A stretch of 38,548 nucleotides of DNA from Chiloscyllium plagiosum (taxonomy: Eukaryota): NCBI RefSeq assembly GCF_004010195.1, contig NC_057753.1, positions 8,703,182-8,741,729 of the forward strand. The letters run 5' to 3'. Positions 10,815 through 21,719 of the stretch are shown piece after piece. How positions within the stretch are numbered: the stretch's first letter is position 1; each line of letters opens with the position of its first letter. A model generated the notes under the pieces. It saw only the letters and a list, made by a program, of their open reading frames with translations. It was not told where the DNA came from and searched no databases. The translations under genes were made by a program, and so were the position numbers.

Positions 10815-12547
10815 TCATAAATCGTCCAAGCAGAATTAGGGCATTCGGACCATCGAGTCAGCTTTGCCATTCAGTCATGGCTGTTATGCTCCTCACCCAC
10901 ATTTTCTTGCCTTCTCTCAATATCTATTCAACACATTACTCATTAAACGTCTGTCTAATGCCATCTTAAATTTACTCACTGTTCCAGTCTCCATCGCACT
11001 TTGGGGCAGGGAAATAATACCCGTTATCCTATTACTATGAAATCTCAGGCTAGAATGCATGACCTCGCACTTATCCACATTAAACGCTATTTGCCACATA
11101 TTGGCACAATCTCCTAATCTATCTATATCGGTTTGTAAGGTTCTTACTTCTTCATTGTATTTTACTCTTCCAACTATTTTTGTGTCATGCACAAATCTGG
11201 CTGTCAAGCCTTCTACCCTTGTATCCAAGCTGTTAATGTAGATTATAAATAGCTGGGGACCAAGGACTAAAAGCTGTGCCACCCCACTCTTTACATCTTA
11301 CCATCCAGAAAAAAAAACTTATCCTGACTCTATCTTCTGTCCTTCAAACAGACATCTATCCAGGCTAATAAATTACCCTTACCCCCATGTGATCTAATCT
11401 TGTTAATTAACCTTTTGTATTATATCTAATCAAATGCCTCACAGAAGTCCGGATAAATTCCATCAACAGTATCCCCAATATCCACTTCGTTTGTTACTTC
11501 TTCAAAGAACGAGAACAAATTAGTGAAACATGACTTGCCTGTCATAAAACCATGCTGACTGTGATAGATGGCATTTTGACTTTCCAAATGTCCTGACACT
11601 GCTTCTTTGGTTACTGATTCTAACACTTTTCCAACAACAGTCGTTCAACTAATTTGCCTGTAATTTCTCAAATTTGCACCCCCCTCCCCCGTGAATACGG
11701 GTGTCATATTCGCCATTTTCCAATACACCAGAACCTTTCCTGGGTACAAGGAATTTTAGAATATTATAACCAATGGGTCTTTTATCTACACTGCCACTTC
11801 GTTTAATCCCTTTGCATGTAGGATATCAGGACTTTGGGTGGGGGGGGGGGGGTGGCGGCATTTCTCTGTCCTCAATCCCAATAGTTTGTTTAGTATCTGA
11901 CAACTGTGCCTTGTTGATCTTGCCATCCAGAAAAAAACTTATCCTGACTTTATCTTCTGTCCTTCAACCAGACATTTATCCAGGCTAATAAATTACCCTT
12001 ACTCCCATGTGATCTAATCTTGTGAATTAACCTTTTGTATGGTATCTAATGAAATGCCTCATAGAAGTCCGGATAAATTTCATCTACAGTATCCCCAATA
12101 TCCACTTCGTTTATTACTTCTTCAAAGAACGAGAGCAAATTAGTGAAACATGACTTGCCTGTCATAAAACCATGCTGACTGTGATAGATGGCATTTTGAC
12201 TTTCCAAATGTCCTGACACTGCTTCTTTGGTTACTGATTCTAACACTTTCCCAACAACAGTCGTTCAACTAATTTGCCTGTAATTTCTCAAATTTGCCCC
12301 AACCCCAACCCCGTGAATACGGGTGTCATATTCACCATTTTCCAATACACCGGAACCTTTCCTGTGTACAAGGAATTTTAGAATATTGTAACCAATGGGT
12401 CTATTATCTACACTGCCACTTCCTTTAATCCCTTTGGATGTCGGACATCAGGCCGGGTGGGGTGCGGGGGGGGTGGGGGGGGGTTGCGGCATTTTTCTGT
12501 CCTCAATCCCAATAGTTTGTTTAGTATCTGACAACTGTGCCTTGTTG
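10815..12547 (-). mobile_element. CR1 RT/3' fragment with internal tandem duplication
   Basis: VLGPQLFIIYINSLD..RFVHDTKI (10917-11282); SQHGFMTGKSCFTNL occurs twice. Confidence 0.85.
11295..12547. repeat. Tandem duplication, ~622/631 bp units (11295-11916, 11917-12547)
   Basis: Direct alignment by eye; near-identical 66-aa ORFs at 11426-11626 and 12046-12246. Confidence 0.95.
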
Positions 12548-12606
12548 AAAGAATAATGGAGTATCATAGTACAGAAGGAGGCCATTCGACCAACATGACT
12601 GCACTG

Positions 12607-12927
12607 TGTTATGTACCAGACCAAACTTCTTCAAAACATGTCAGTGCAATAACCGAGACTATAACTTTTTCATATTTCAACTTAAAGTGCATAACGTTGC
12701 ATTCCAGATGCAACTCTAATGGTCAAATTACCAGGCTTGAATCAAAACATACTATATTCATACACTATTATTAAAGTGGAAACAAAAGACATAAGAATTG
12801 AATTAACTTAATTGTATTGAAAAACGTAACAAATATATAAATTATTCATTTCCAAAATAGCAACTGCTCCAAAGTGGCACCATGCAATGACACACACTCT
12901 GTAAAAAGGTAAATTAAGTAAAACACA
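12607..12927 (-). repeat. LTR-like repeat fragment
   Basis: Begins TGTTATGTACCAGACCA, similar to the reverse complement of the 7897 terminus (TGTTATAGACTAGACCA). Confidence 0.5.
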
Positions 12928-12929
12928 TT

Positions 12930-13737
12930 ATCCCACACGCAATTCTAACAACAGGAAGAAAACATTAGCTTTCAAACAATGAATCAGATACGCGGATGAC
13001 GCTTTTGTAACTATTAAGAGAGCAGAGTTCGAGAACACATATCGGAGCAACAACACCATGCTCACAGGGATCAAATTTATGAGAGGGAGGAAACCATCAA
13101 TAAAATTCCAATCCAGGATGTGATGGTAGAAAGAACACAGAAGGTGAATGGACGCCAAGAGTGTGCAGAAAAGCGACACACAGACGAGATCCTGAAATTT
13201 AACAGCAACGACCCAAACACACACAAGAGAAGTTGAATTAGGACTGCGTTGCAAAAGGCGACAACGCAATGCAGCACTCCTGACCTGCGAAGAGAAGAAG
13301 GGCACCTCTACAGAATCTTCACCGGGAATGGATATCCCCACAACTTCATCCGCAGATACCAAGCAGACAAACAACGGGATAAGGACTTGCCACAAACCAA
13401 ACACTAGCCACGCTACCTCAGAGAAAAACGTGTCTCAAAACAGTCAATCTTCTCCGTCTATTTGGATTCATGACAGCCCTTAAACTGAAGCCACGGATAG
13501 ACAACAATTCACCAGAACAAAGGACCTTTCACTCAACAGTGCAAAACTAACGTAACTTACAAGATTCCACGCAAAGAATGCATGAAACATGATATTGGAC
13601 AAACGAGCAGACAACGAGCAATCCACATCCACGAGCACCAACTAGCCACCAAACGGAACGACCAGCTGTCCCAAGCAGCCACACACACACAGAAGACAAG
13701 GACCACAAATTCGACTGGGACAACATGGCGACTATAA
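12930..13737 (+). mobile_element. Penelope/Poseidon-type PLE, RT C-terminus and GIY-YIG remnant
   Basis: IRYADDAFVTIK (RT YxDD), RKATHTDEILKF, NGYP and NVTYKIPRKECMKHDIGQTSRQRAIHIHEHQLATKRND; frameshifted. Confidence 0.88.
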
Positions 13738-13745
13738 TGCAAAGT

Positions 13746-13819
13746 GGCTCGTTGGTATAGTAGCACGGCTTTTTCACTTTGCATGCGAGAAGTCCCAGGT
13801 TCAAACCCCAGGCGATCCC
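13746..13819 (+). pseudogene. tRNA-Pro-derived pseudogene with TGC anticodon
   Basis: Aligns to vertebrate tRNA-Pro (GGCTCGTTGGT..GCGAGA.GTCCC.GGTTCAAA.CCC.G.CGA.CCC). The anticodon loop is TT-TGC-AT, stems carry mismatches, and there is an internal T5 run. Confidence 0.75.
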
Positions 13820-13828
13820 TTGCTTTAT

Positions 13829-14290
13829 GGATGGTGTGGTGGCTCAGTAGTGAGCACTTCTGCCTCACAGCAACGAGGCCTAGGCTCAATTCCAGCTTCA
13901 GGTCTCTGTAGTTGCGGAGTTTGCACATTCTGCCTATGTTCGTGTGGGTTTCCTCCAGATGCTTGGTTTCCACTCACAATCCGAACATGTTCCAGCTTCG
14001 GTCTCTGTAGTTGCGGAGTTTGCACATTCTGCCTATGTTCGTGTGGGTTTCCTCCAGATGCTTGGTTTCCACTCACAATCCGAACATGTGCAGGCTAGGT
14101 GAATTGCCCATGATAATTGACCACAGTGTTCAGGGTTATGTAGATTCAATGCATTAGCTAAGGGAAATGTGGGGCATGTAGAATGATAGAGGAGGAAAAT
14201 GTCTTTGTGTGGGATACTCTTCAGAGTGTCGGTTTGGACTTGTTGGGCCAAGTATCCTGTTAACACATTGTAGGAATTCTGTAATCTAAA
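13829..14290 (+). mobile_element. tRNA-derived SINE (HE1/V-SINE type) with 100-bp internal tandem duplication
   Basis: Same head, core and tail as 6856-7160 but more diverged; 13890-13989 is repeated at 13990-14088. Confidence 0.85.
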
Positions 14291-14329
14291 CAGAGGACAG
14301 AGAGAGAATTTCTAGAAGATTGGTATTGC

Positions 14330-16148
14330 GGAATCCATCAACACACAGTAGAAAATGGGATGGGGATTGAAGGCAGAAATTCAGGGGGCTAGGGTGGAAG
14401 CTTAGTACTAAAACAAACAGAATTGTTTTTTCTAGTTTGTTGCCAATGCCACGTGCTAGCGAGGTGAGGAAAGGGGAGAGAGAGGAGTCAAACACCTGAT
14501 TACAGGTATTGTGAAGGAGGGACGGTTTTGGATACGTGGATAATTGGGGCTCATTCAAGGTTAGATAGGAACTCTACAAAAGGATGTTCTGCACCTGAAC
14601 CAGAAGTGTAACAATGTCCTTGGGGTGGGGGAAAGTCATTTGTTAATGCTCCTCGGGAGGGCTTAAACTAATTCAGCCGGGGGAATTGGAAAAAGAACCT
14701 ACAGTTCCAGTGTTCAGGAGGTTGAGAGTGGTGAGGTCATAAATGCAAGTAGCACGGTGTGTTTGAAGTGTGTCTACTTCAATGCCAGGTGATATAGGCT
14801 ACTAGACTAGATGGGATTGAGGTTCGCAAGGAGGAGGTGTTAGGAATTCTTGAAAGTGTAAAAATAGATCCGTCCCATGTGCCGTTTGGGACTTTTCCTA
14901 GGTTTCTCTGGGAAGGCAGGGAGGAGATTGAAGAGCCTTTCGATTTAATTTTTATGTCGTCATTGTCTACAGGAATACTGCCAGAAGGCTGGAGTTTAGC
15001 AAATGTTGTCCCTTGTTCCAGAAGGCGAATGGAGACAACCCTGGTAATTGTAGACCAGTGAGCCTTACTTTGTTTGTGGGTTAAGTGTTGGAAAAGGTTA
15101 TAAGAGATAGGATTGATAATCATCCGGAGAGGAATAAGTTGATTGGGGTAGTCAACACAGTTTTACCAAAGGTAGGTCGTGGCTAACAAACCAAATTGAG
15201 ATCTTTGAGGACATGACCAAACAAGTGGATGAAGGTAAAGCGATTGATGTGGTATGTATGGATTTGAGTAAGATGCTTAATAAGGTTCCCCACAAAATAC
15301 AAACTCATGGAATTGAGGGTGATTCGGTGTCATATATCAGAGATTGGCTAGCTGAAAGAAGACAGAGGGTGGTGGTTGATAGAAAATGTTGATCCTGGAG
15401 TTCAATTACTCGTGGAGTACCACAAGGATTTGTTCTGGGGTCACTGCTATTTGTCATTTTTATAAATGACCTAGGTGAGGGCGTAGAAGGATGTTTTAGC
15501 AACGTTGCATTTAACACTAATGTCAGTGGAGTGATGGATAGCGCTGAAGGATGTTCTAGGTTATACGGGAACATAGAGAAGCTGCCGAGCTGGGCGGAGA
15601 TGTAGCAAATGGAATTAAATGCAGAAAAGTGTGAGGTGATTCACACTTTTGGGTGCAGCAACAGGAATAAATTGTAGGCTAATAGTGAGAGTCTTGGTAG
15701 TGTAGATGAGCAGAGAGATCTCAGTGTCCATGAACATAGATCCCTGAAAGTTGCCACTCAGGTTGACATGTTTGTTCAGAAGTCATACGGTGTCTCATCT
15801 TTTATTGTAAGAGGGATTGGATTTTGGAGCCATGAAGTCATGCTGCAGCTGTACAGGACTCTGGAGCGGCTGCAACTCGAAGCATTGACTACAGTTCTGG
15901 TCACAGAAAACGTGAAAACTTTGGAAAGCGTACAGAGGAGTTTTGCTGGAATGTTGCCTGGTTTGGAGGGGGGTCTTATGAGACAGGCTGAGGGGCTTGA
16001 GGATGTTTTCGTTAGCGAGAACTTATTTGAGAGGTGACTTAATTGAGACATATAAGATAATCAGAGGATTAGATAGGGTGGACATTTTCCTCGGATGGTG
16101 ATGGCTAGCATGAGGGGAGATAGCTTTAAATTGAGGGGTGATATAACA
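14330..16148 (+). mobile_element. CR1 fragment with internal deletions (ORF1 esterase end, ORF2 RT)
   Basis: Similar to 3990-4330 and 36010-37360; contains LSTGILPEGWSLANVVP, GVPQGFVLGSLLFVIFINDL and RGDLIETYKI-like segments. Confidence 0.85.
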
Positions 16149-18071
16149 TATCTAAGGCCAGAACATCCGTCCAGACATATGGGACCCAAAACTGTGCACA
16201 ATACTCCAAATGTGGACTGAACAGAACTTTTAGGTCTTCAGAAATACATCTCCGCTTTTTTATTCAAGTCCTTTCAACATAAATGCCACAATTGCATCTG
16301 CCTTCCTAACTACTGACTCAAACTGCAAGTTTACCTTGAAAGACTCCTGGATGAGGATACGCTCCATTAGTGCAGCACGCTGGTTCGGTGGTTAGCACTG
16401 CAGCCTCACAGCACCAACGTCCCAGGTTTGATTCCAGCTTCGGGCGACTGTCTGCATGGCGTTCGCACATTTTCCCTGTATCTGCCTGGGCTTGCTCCGG
16501 TTTACTCCCACAGTCCAAAGATGTGCAGATTAGGTAAATTGGCCATGCTAAATTTTCCATAGTGCTAGGTGCATGTGGCAAAGGAAAATGGGTCTGGGTG
16601 GGTTACTCTTCAGAGGGTCGGTGTGGACTGGTTGGGCCGAAGGGCCTGTTTCCGCATTCTGGGGAATCTAATCTAATCAAGTCTTTTCGAACTTCTGAAA
16701 TTTCTCCCCATTCAAAAAATATGTCCATGTTTCGAACCTTTCTACCAAAGTGCATGTCCTCACATGCTGTACTTCATCTGCCACTACTTTGCCCATTCTC
16801 CGAATCTGTCTAAATCCTTCTGCAGTCTCTGCAACTGCTCAGTCTCCCTCTACTTATCTTTATAGTGTCTGCAAACTTAACCACAATTTCCTCAGTTCCT
16901 TCACTTAGATCATTAAAGTATGAAATGGAATGTTGTGGTCCCAACGCTGAGTCTTGTGGAACACCACTTGTCCCCAGCTACCATCCTGAGAAGGACCCTT
17001 CTGTTCCCACTCTTTGCTTCCTGCCAGACATCCAAGCTGCTATCCATGCGAGCTCCTTGCCTCTAATTCCATAGTCCTTTATATTACCCAGTAGCCTCCT
17101 ATGCCACACTTTGTCAAATGCATTCTAGAAGTTCATGCAGATAATTTCCATTGGAACCCCTTTTCCTAACCTGCTCGTTACTTCCACATTATTCTGGCAG
17201 ATTTTTCAGCCACAACCTCCCCTTGATAAAAATAATGCTGACTTTGCCTTATTTTACCATACACTTCCAAGCTTTCATAAATCACATCTTTTACAGTGGA
17301 TTCTAGAATTTACACACAACTCAGATTTGGTTAATAGCTCTGTAAATTTACATCTTTTGCCTTACTCGCTTCTTTAACAGGGGTGTTGCGTGAGTGATTT
17401 TTCTCTCCTCTCAGACCTATTCTCACTCTAATGATTCCTAAATGATCTCCGCTGATGCCTCCACTGACTCTTCAGCTATCTCCCATAGATCTCTGCGGTG
17501 GATAAATCAGTCCAGGTGATTTATCCACTTTCAGGCCATTCAGATTTTCTACCACCTTCTCCTTGGTGATTGCCACCATATTCAGCTCTGTCCCCTCACA
17601 CTCTTGATTTTTTGGGACATTACTCATGTCTTCTACTTCGAAGACTGACGCAACGTAATTATTATAGTTGCTCAGCCATTTCCAGGTTCTACTAGACTAT
17701 TTTCATCGTGTCATTGAGCAACGGTCTTTTTTGTCTAAAGAAACCCTTACGAACTTCCTTTATGTTACTTGTTAGCTTACCCACATATTTAATCTTCACC
17801 CTCATTACTATTTGATCTGTTGTGCTCTGTTGGTCTTTGCAAGCGTTCCAATCCTCTCGTTTCTCATTGCTCTTCGTCACATTATTTGCTTTCTCTTTTG
17901 ATTTAATGCTATCACTGACATCCCTAGTCAGCCGTAGTTGCCTCATCCCCTGTACCATACTTCTTTTTCCACGGGATGAATCTCTGCTGTGTATCCTGAA
18001 TTACTAACCAAAACTCCTGCCAGAGATGTTCCACTGTCTTCCTGGTGGTCTCCTCTCCCAGTCAAGTCTAA
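16149..18071 (-). mobile_element. CR1 ORF2 fragment (resumes at 19489-19675 after an LTR insertion)
   Basis: Minus strand GVPQDSALGPQ, KFADT and LEYCAQFWVPY motifs; interrupted by a SINE and by the LTR. Confidence 0.75.
16370..16678 (+). mobile_element. tRNA-derived SINE (HE1/V-SINE type)
   Basis: GTGGTTAGCACTGCAGCCTCACAG head, conserved core, and TGGGCCGAAGGGCCTGTTTCC..(AATCT)n tail. Confidence 0.9.
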
Positions 18072-18237
18072 TGTTATGAGATGGGGTAAACTCTCCTGCT
18101 TAATTTAAAACCAGCCACACAGAAAAGATTGTTCCCATGCAGTAATCTGTAAACATTCGAGTTGTCAAGAACGATGTAAAGTAAAAATTAGCACCTTTAT
18201 TTCTTAAAGTATAAAGGAGAATAATTAACAAACCACT

Positions 18238-18950
18238 TAGGGTGTAGGTTCGCTCGCTGAGCTGTAGGTTTGATATCCAGACGTTTCATTACCTGGCTAG
18301 GTAACATCATCAGTGGCGACCTCGAAGTGAAGTGAAGCTGTTGTCATCTGCTTTCTATTTATATCTTTCTCCTGGATGAGGTTCCTGGGGGTTGTGGTGA
18401 TGTCATTTCCTGTTCATTTTCTGAGGGGTTGATAGATGGCATCTAGATCTATGTGCTTGTTTATGGCGTTGTGGTTGGAGTGCCAGGCCTCTACGAATTC
18501 TCTGGCATATCTTTGCTTAGCCTGTCCCAGGATAGATGGGTTTTCCCAGACGAAATGGTGTTTTTTTCATCCGTGTGTAGGGCTCTGAGCGAGAGGGGGT
18601 CGTGTCTTATCGTGGCTAGCTGGTGTTCATGTATCCTGGTGGCTACCTTTCTTCCTGTTTGTCCTACGTAGTGTTTGAGGCAGTACTTGCATGGAATTTT
18701 ATAGATGATGTTGGTTTTGTCCATGGGTTGTACTGGGTATTTTAAGTTTGTTAGTTTTTGTTTGAGAGTGTTGGTGGGTTTATGTGCTACTAGGATTCGG
18801 AGGGGTCTCAGTAGTCTGGTTATCATTTCTGAAACTTCTTTGATATATGGTAAGGTCGTTAGGGTTTCTGGCTGTGTTTTGTCTGCTTGTCGTTGTTTGT
18901 TCTTGAGGAATATGCGCTCTGTGCTTTTTGAGTATCCATTCTTCTTGAAT
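18238..18950 (-). mobile_element. Penelope/Poseidon-type PLE 3' fragment (GIY-YIG plus terminal repeat)
   Basis: ORF 18491-18955: KNGYSK..TLPYIKEVSE..NIIYKIPCKYCLKHYVGQTGRKVATRIHEHQLA. Flanked by ACCACT at 18232-18237 and 18951-18956 (possible TSD). Confidence 0.92.
18272..18321 (-). ncRNA. Minimal type I hammerhead ribozyme, copy 1
   Basis: Minus strand GGTCGCCA-CTGATGA-T-GTTACCT-AGCC-AGGTAAT-GAAAC-GTC-TGGATATC: intact core boxes, 7-bp stem II, palindromic ACGT at stem III. Confidence 0.75.
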
Positions 18951-19731
18951 ACCACTGTTTAGAATTTCTTTATGTAACCTATCTTTTACCTTCCATTCTG
19001 AAATACTAGTCTGACATAACTCCCAATTAATACTTACAAAACAGCATTTCTTATCTCAAATCCAGGCAGCTTTTGTTCTTCGTTTCTTTTCCTTAGGAAA
19101 TTCCTCATCGTAGGTTACTGATCTAAAAGGTACCTTTTCGGAGAGCTATTTTTCAGGCGTCTGTTTACATGCTGGGCTTTCCAGTTCTCCTCTCAATTGC
19201 TCAATTTTCCCTATGTCTTATACCCCAGAACATCGAATTTTGTCATTGCCTTTTAAGATTGTCAATATATATTTCGTTCAAACTGGATTGGAAATTGGTC
19301 TTTTTATCGGGGTATAATTTAAACTGGTCGGCTGAATTCGAATTTGTGTTTGTCTCCAGACAACGAAATACTCGAGTTGTTCAACCCAGTGTTACATGCA
19401 TTGCTGCTTTATTGAGAACACTTGGTGCTATGCCCGGTAGTTCTGCTGCATTTAACTCTCTTAAAGGTACACCTACATTTTCATAACACCACCCAGTTCT
19501 GCGCTCGTGCCTTAGTAGATGCATTTATTCAGCTGTACTACCGTTGTCACTGATTCTATCTTCTTCATGTCGAATTTCTGAGTAAATTCAATCATGCCAT
19601 GATCATTGGCTCCGAGGTGTTACTGTACCTAAAACTCTCTTATCAAGTCTGCCTTCATTCTGCAGCAGAACATCTATGGACAATTTAACTAAAAGCTGAG
19701 AGCACAATGTGGAACTTAAATACTAATGTTA

Positions 19732-19803
19732 GTCGGCACAACTCAGTGTTAGTGCATTTGACTGCAGATCAAGAGGTAACTGGCCAAAATGCACATGTCC
19801 CCT
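19732..19803 (+). pseudogene. tRNA-Cys(GCA) pseudogene
   Basis: 72 nt colinear with vertebrate tRNA-Cys. The anticodon arm GCATTTGACTGCAGATCAAGAGGT is intact; acceptor stem and T-arm/B-box are decayed. Confidence 0.8.
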
Positions 19804-19975
19804 TTGTCGTTGCAATTCAAACCAGGTTGTGCAGAATTGGTATCTGTTCGTCAGCCTGTTTAAATCAAGTATGGATGTTTCACATGACAGTATTCTCATA
19901 TGGAAACAAAAACTTCCACCTTTAGTAGTTTATTATATGTGATGGAATATATTAAAGATCATAGTACAGTTGTTT

Positions 19976-21516
19976 TGTTGTGCTCTGTTGGTCTTTGCAA
20001 GCGTTCCAATCCTCTCGTTTCTCATTGCTCTTCGTCACATTATTTGCTTTCTCTTTTGATTTAATGCTATCACTGACATCCCTAGTCAGCCGTAGTTGCC
20101 TCATCCCCTGTACCATACTTCTTTTTCCTCGGGATGAATCTCTACTGTGTATCTTGAATAACTAACCAAAACTCCTGCCAGTGATGTTCCACTGTCTTCC
20201 TGGTGGTCTCCTCTCCCAGACAATTCTAATGTTCTGAGATGGGGTAAACTCCCCTGCTTAATTTAAAACCAGCCACACAGAAAAGATCGTTACCATGCAG
20301 TAATCTGTAAACATTCGAGTTGTCAAGAACGATGTAAAGTAAAAATTAGCACTTTTATTTCTTAAAGTATAAAGGAGAATAATTAACAAACCACTTAGGG
20401 TGAAGGTTCGCTCGCTGAGCTGTAGGTTTGATATCCAGACGTTTCATTACCTGGCTAGGTAACATCATCAGTGGCGACCTCGAAGTGAAGTGAAGCTGTT
20501 GTCACCTGCTTTCTATTTATATCTTTCTCCTGGATGAGGTTCCTGGGGGTTGTGGGGATGTCATTTCCTGTTCATTTTCTGAGGGGTTGATAGATGGCAT
20601 CTAGATCTATGTGCTTGTTTATGGCGTTGTGGTTGGAGTGCCAGGCCTCTAGGAATTCTCTGGCATATCTTTGCTTTGCCTGTCCCAAGATAGATGTGTT
20701 GTCCCAGTCGAAATGGTGTTTTTTTCATCCGTGTGTAGGGCTATGAGGGAGAGGGGGTCGTTTCTTATCGTGGCTAGCTGGTGTTCATGTATCCTGGTGG
20801 CTAACTTTCTTCCTGTTTGGCCTATGTAGTGTTTGTGGCAGTACTTGCATGGAATTTTATAGATGATGTTGGTTTTGTCCATGGGTTGTACTGGGTATTT
20901 TAAGTTTGTTAGTTTTTGTTTGAGAGTGTTGGTGGGTTTATGTGCTACTAGGATTCGGAGGGGTCTCAGTAGTCAGGTTATCATTTCTGAAACGTCTTTG
21001 ATATACGGTAAGGTCGTTAGGGTTTCTGGTTGTGTTTTGTCTGCTTGTCGTTGTTTGTTCTTGAGGAATGTGCGCACTGTGCTTTTTGAGTATCCATTCT
21101 TCTTGAATGCCACTATTTAGAATTTCTTTCTGTAACCTATCTTTTACCTTCCATTCTGAAATACTAGTCTGATATAACTCCCAATTAATATTTACAAAAC
21201 AGCATTTCTTGTCTCAAATCCAGGCAGCTTTTGTTCTTCTTTCGGATCTTCTTGTGCCTTCGTTTCTTTTCCTTAGGAAATTCCTCATCGTAGGTTACTG
21301 GTCTAAAAGGTACCTTTTCGGAGAGCTATTTTTCAGGCGTCTGTTTACATGCTGGGCTTTCCAGTTCTCCTCTTAATTGTTCAATTTTCCCTATGTCTTA
21401 TGCCCCAGAACATCGAATTATGTCATTGCCTTTTAAGATTGTCAATATATATTTCATTCAAACTTGATTGGAAATTGGTATTTTTATCGGGGTATAATTT
21501 AAACTGGTCGGCTGAA
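19976..21516. repeat. Local segmental duplication, copy 2 (CR1 piece, truncated LTR from 20230, PLE ~20396-21108)
   Basis: Near-identical to 17818-19336, with paired ORFs 17822/19980, 18705/20863 and 19169/21349. Confidence 0.95.
20430..20479 (-). ncRNA. Minimal type I hammerhead ribozyme, copy 2
   Basis: Sequence identical to 18272-18321. Confidence 0.75.
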
Positions 21517-21719
21517 AGCTCATTTATGGTTGTTGATTTCCGGGATTATTTTCACAGTATGATCACGTTAATTTCACTTAAATACTGACAGTAGAATTTT
21601 CACGTCTATAATTATGTCGAGTGAATCTCAAATTATTCTTATGTCTAGTAAAATCAAATTTACATTTTGTTCTGTTTTATTCCAGGAATTATGGAATATT
21701 ACATTATTATGAGAAACAA

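Larger units (their letters stand above)
17818..19336. repeat. Local segmental duplication, copy 1
   Basis: Aligns to 19976-21516 at offset 2158, rising to 2180 after a 22-bp indel. Confidence 0.95.
18072..19488 (-). mobile_element. Solo LTR (~700 bp) interrupted by a PLE fragment
   Basis: Perfect 8-bp inverted termini TGTTATGA (18072-18079) and TCATAACA (19481-19488). Minus-strand AATAAA at 18196-18201 and a TATAA-like motif near 19220. CR1 sequence resumes on both sides. Confidence 0.7.

Noticed and set aside
12928..13404. Antisense ORFs over retroelements (also 1994-2317, 34899-35321, 36390-36776)
   Set aside because: They are shadow frames opposite PLE or CR1 coding remnants, with no independent protein motifs.
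13746..13819. Functional tRNA-Ala(TGC)
   Set aside because: The backbone is tRNA-Pro-like, there is no G3:U70 pair, three stems have mismatches, and there is an internal T5 run.
18072..21516. The two LTR copies as 5' and 3' LTRs of one provirus
   Set aside because: The identity extends about 250 bp outside the LTR into CR1, both copies carry the same PLE insertion, the second is truncated, and no gag or pol lies between them. This is a segmental duplication.
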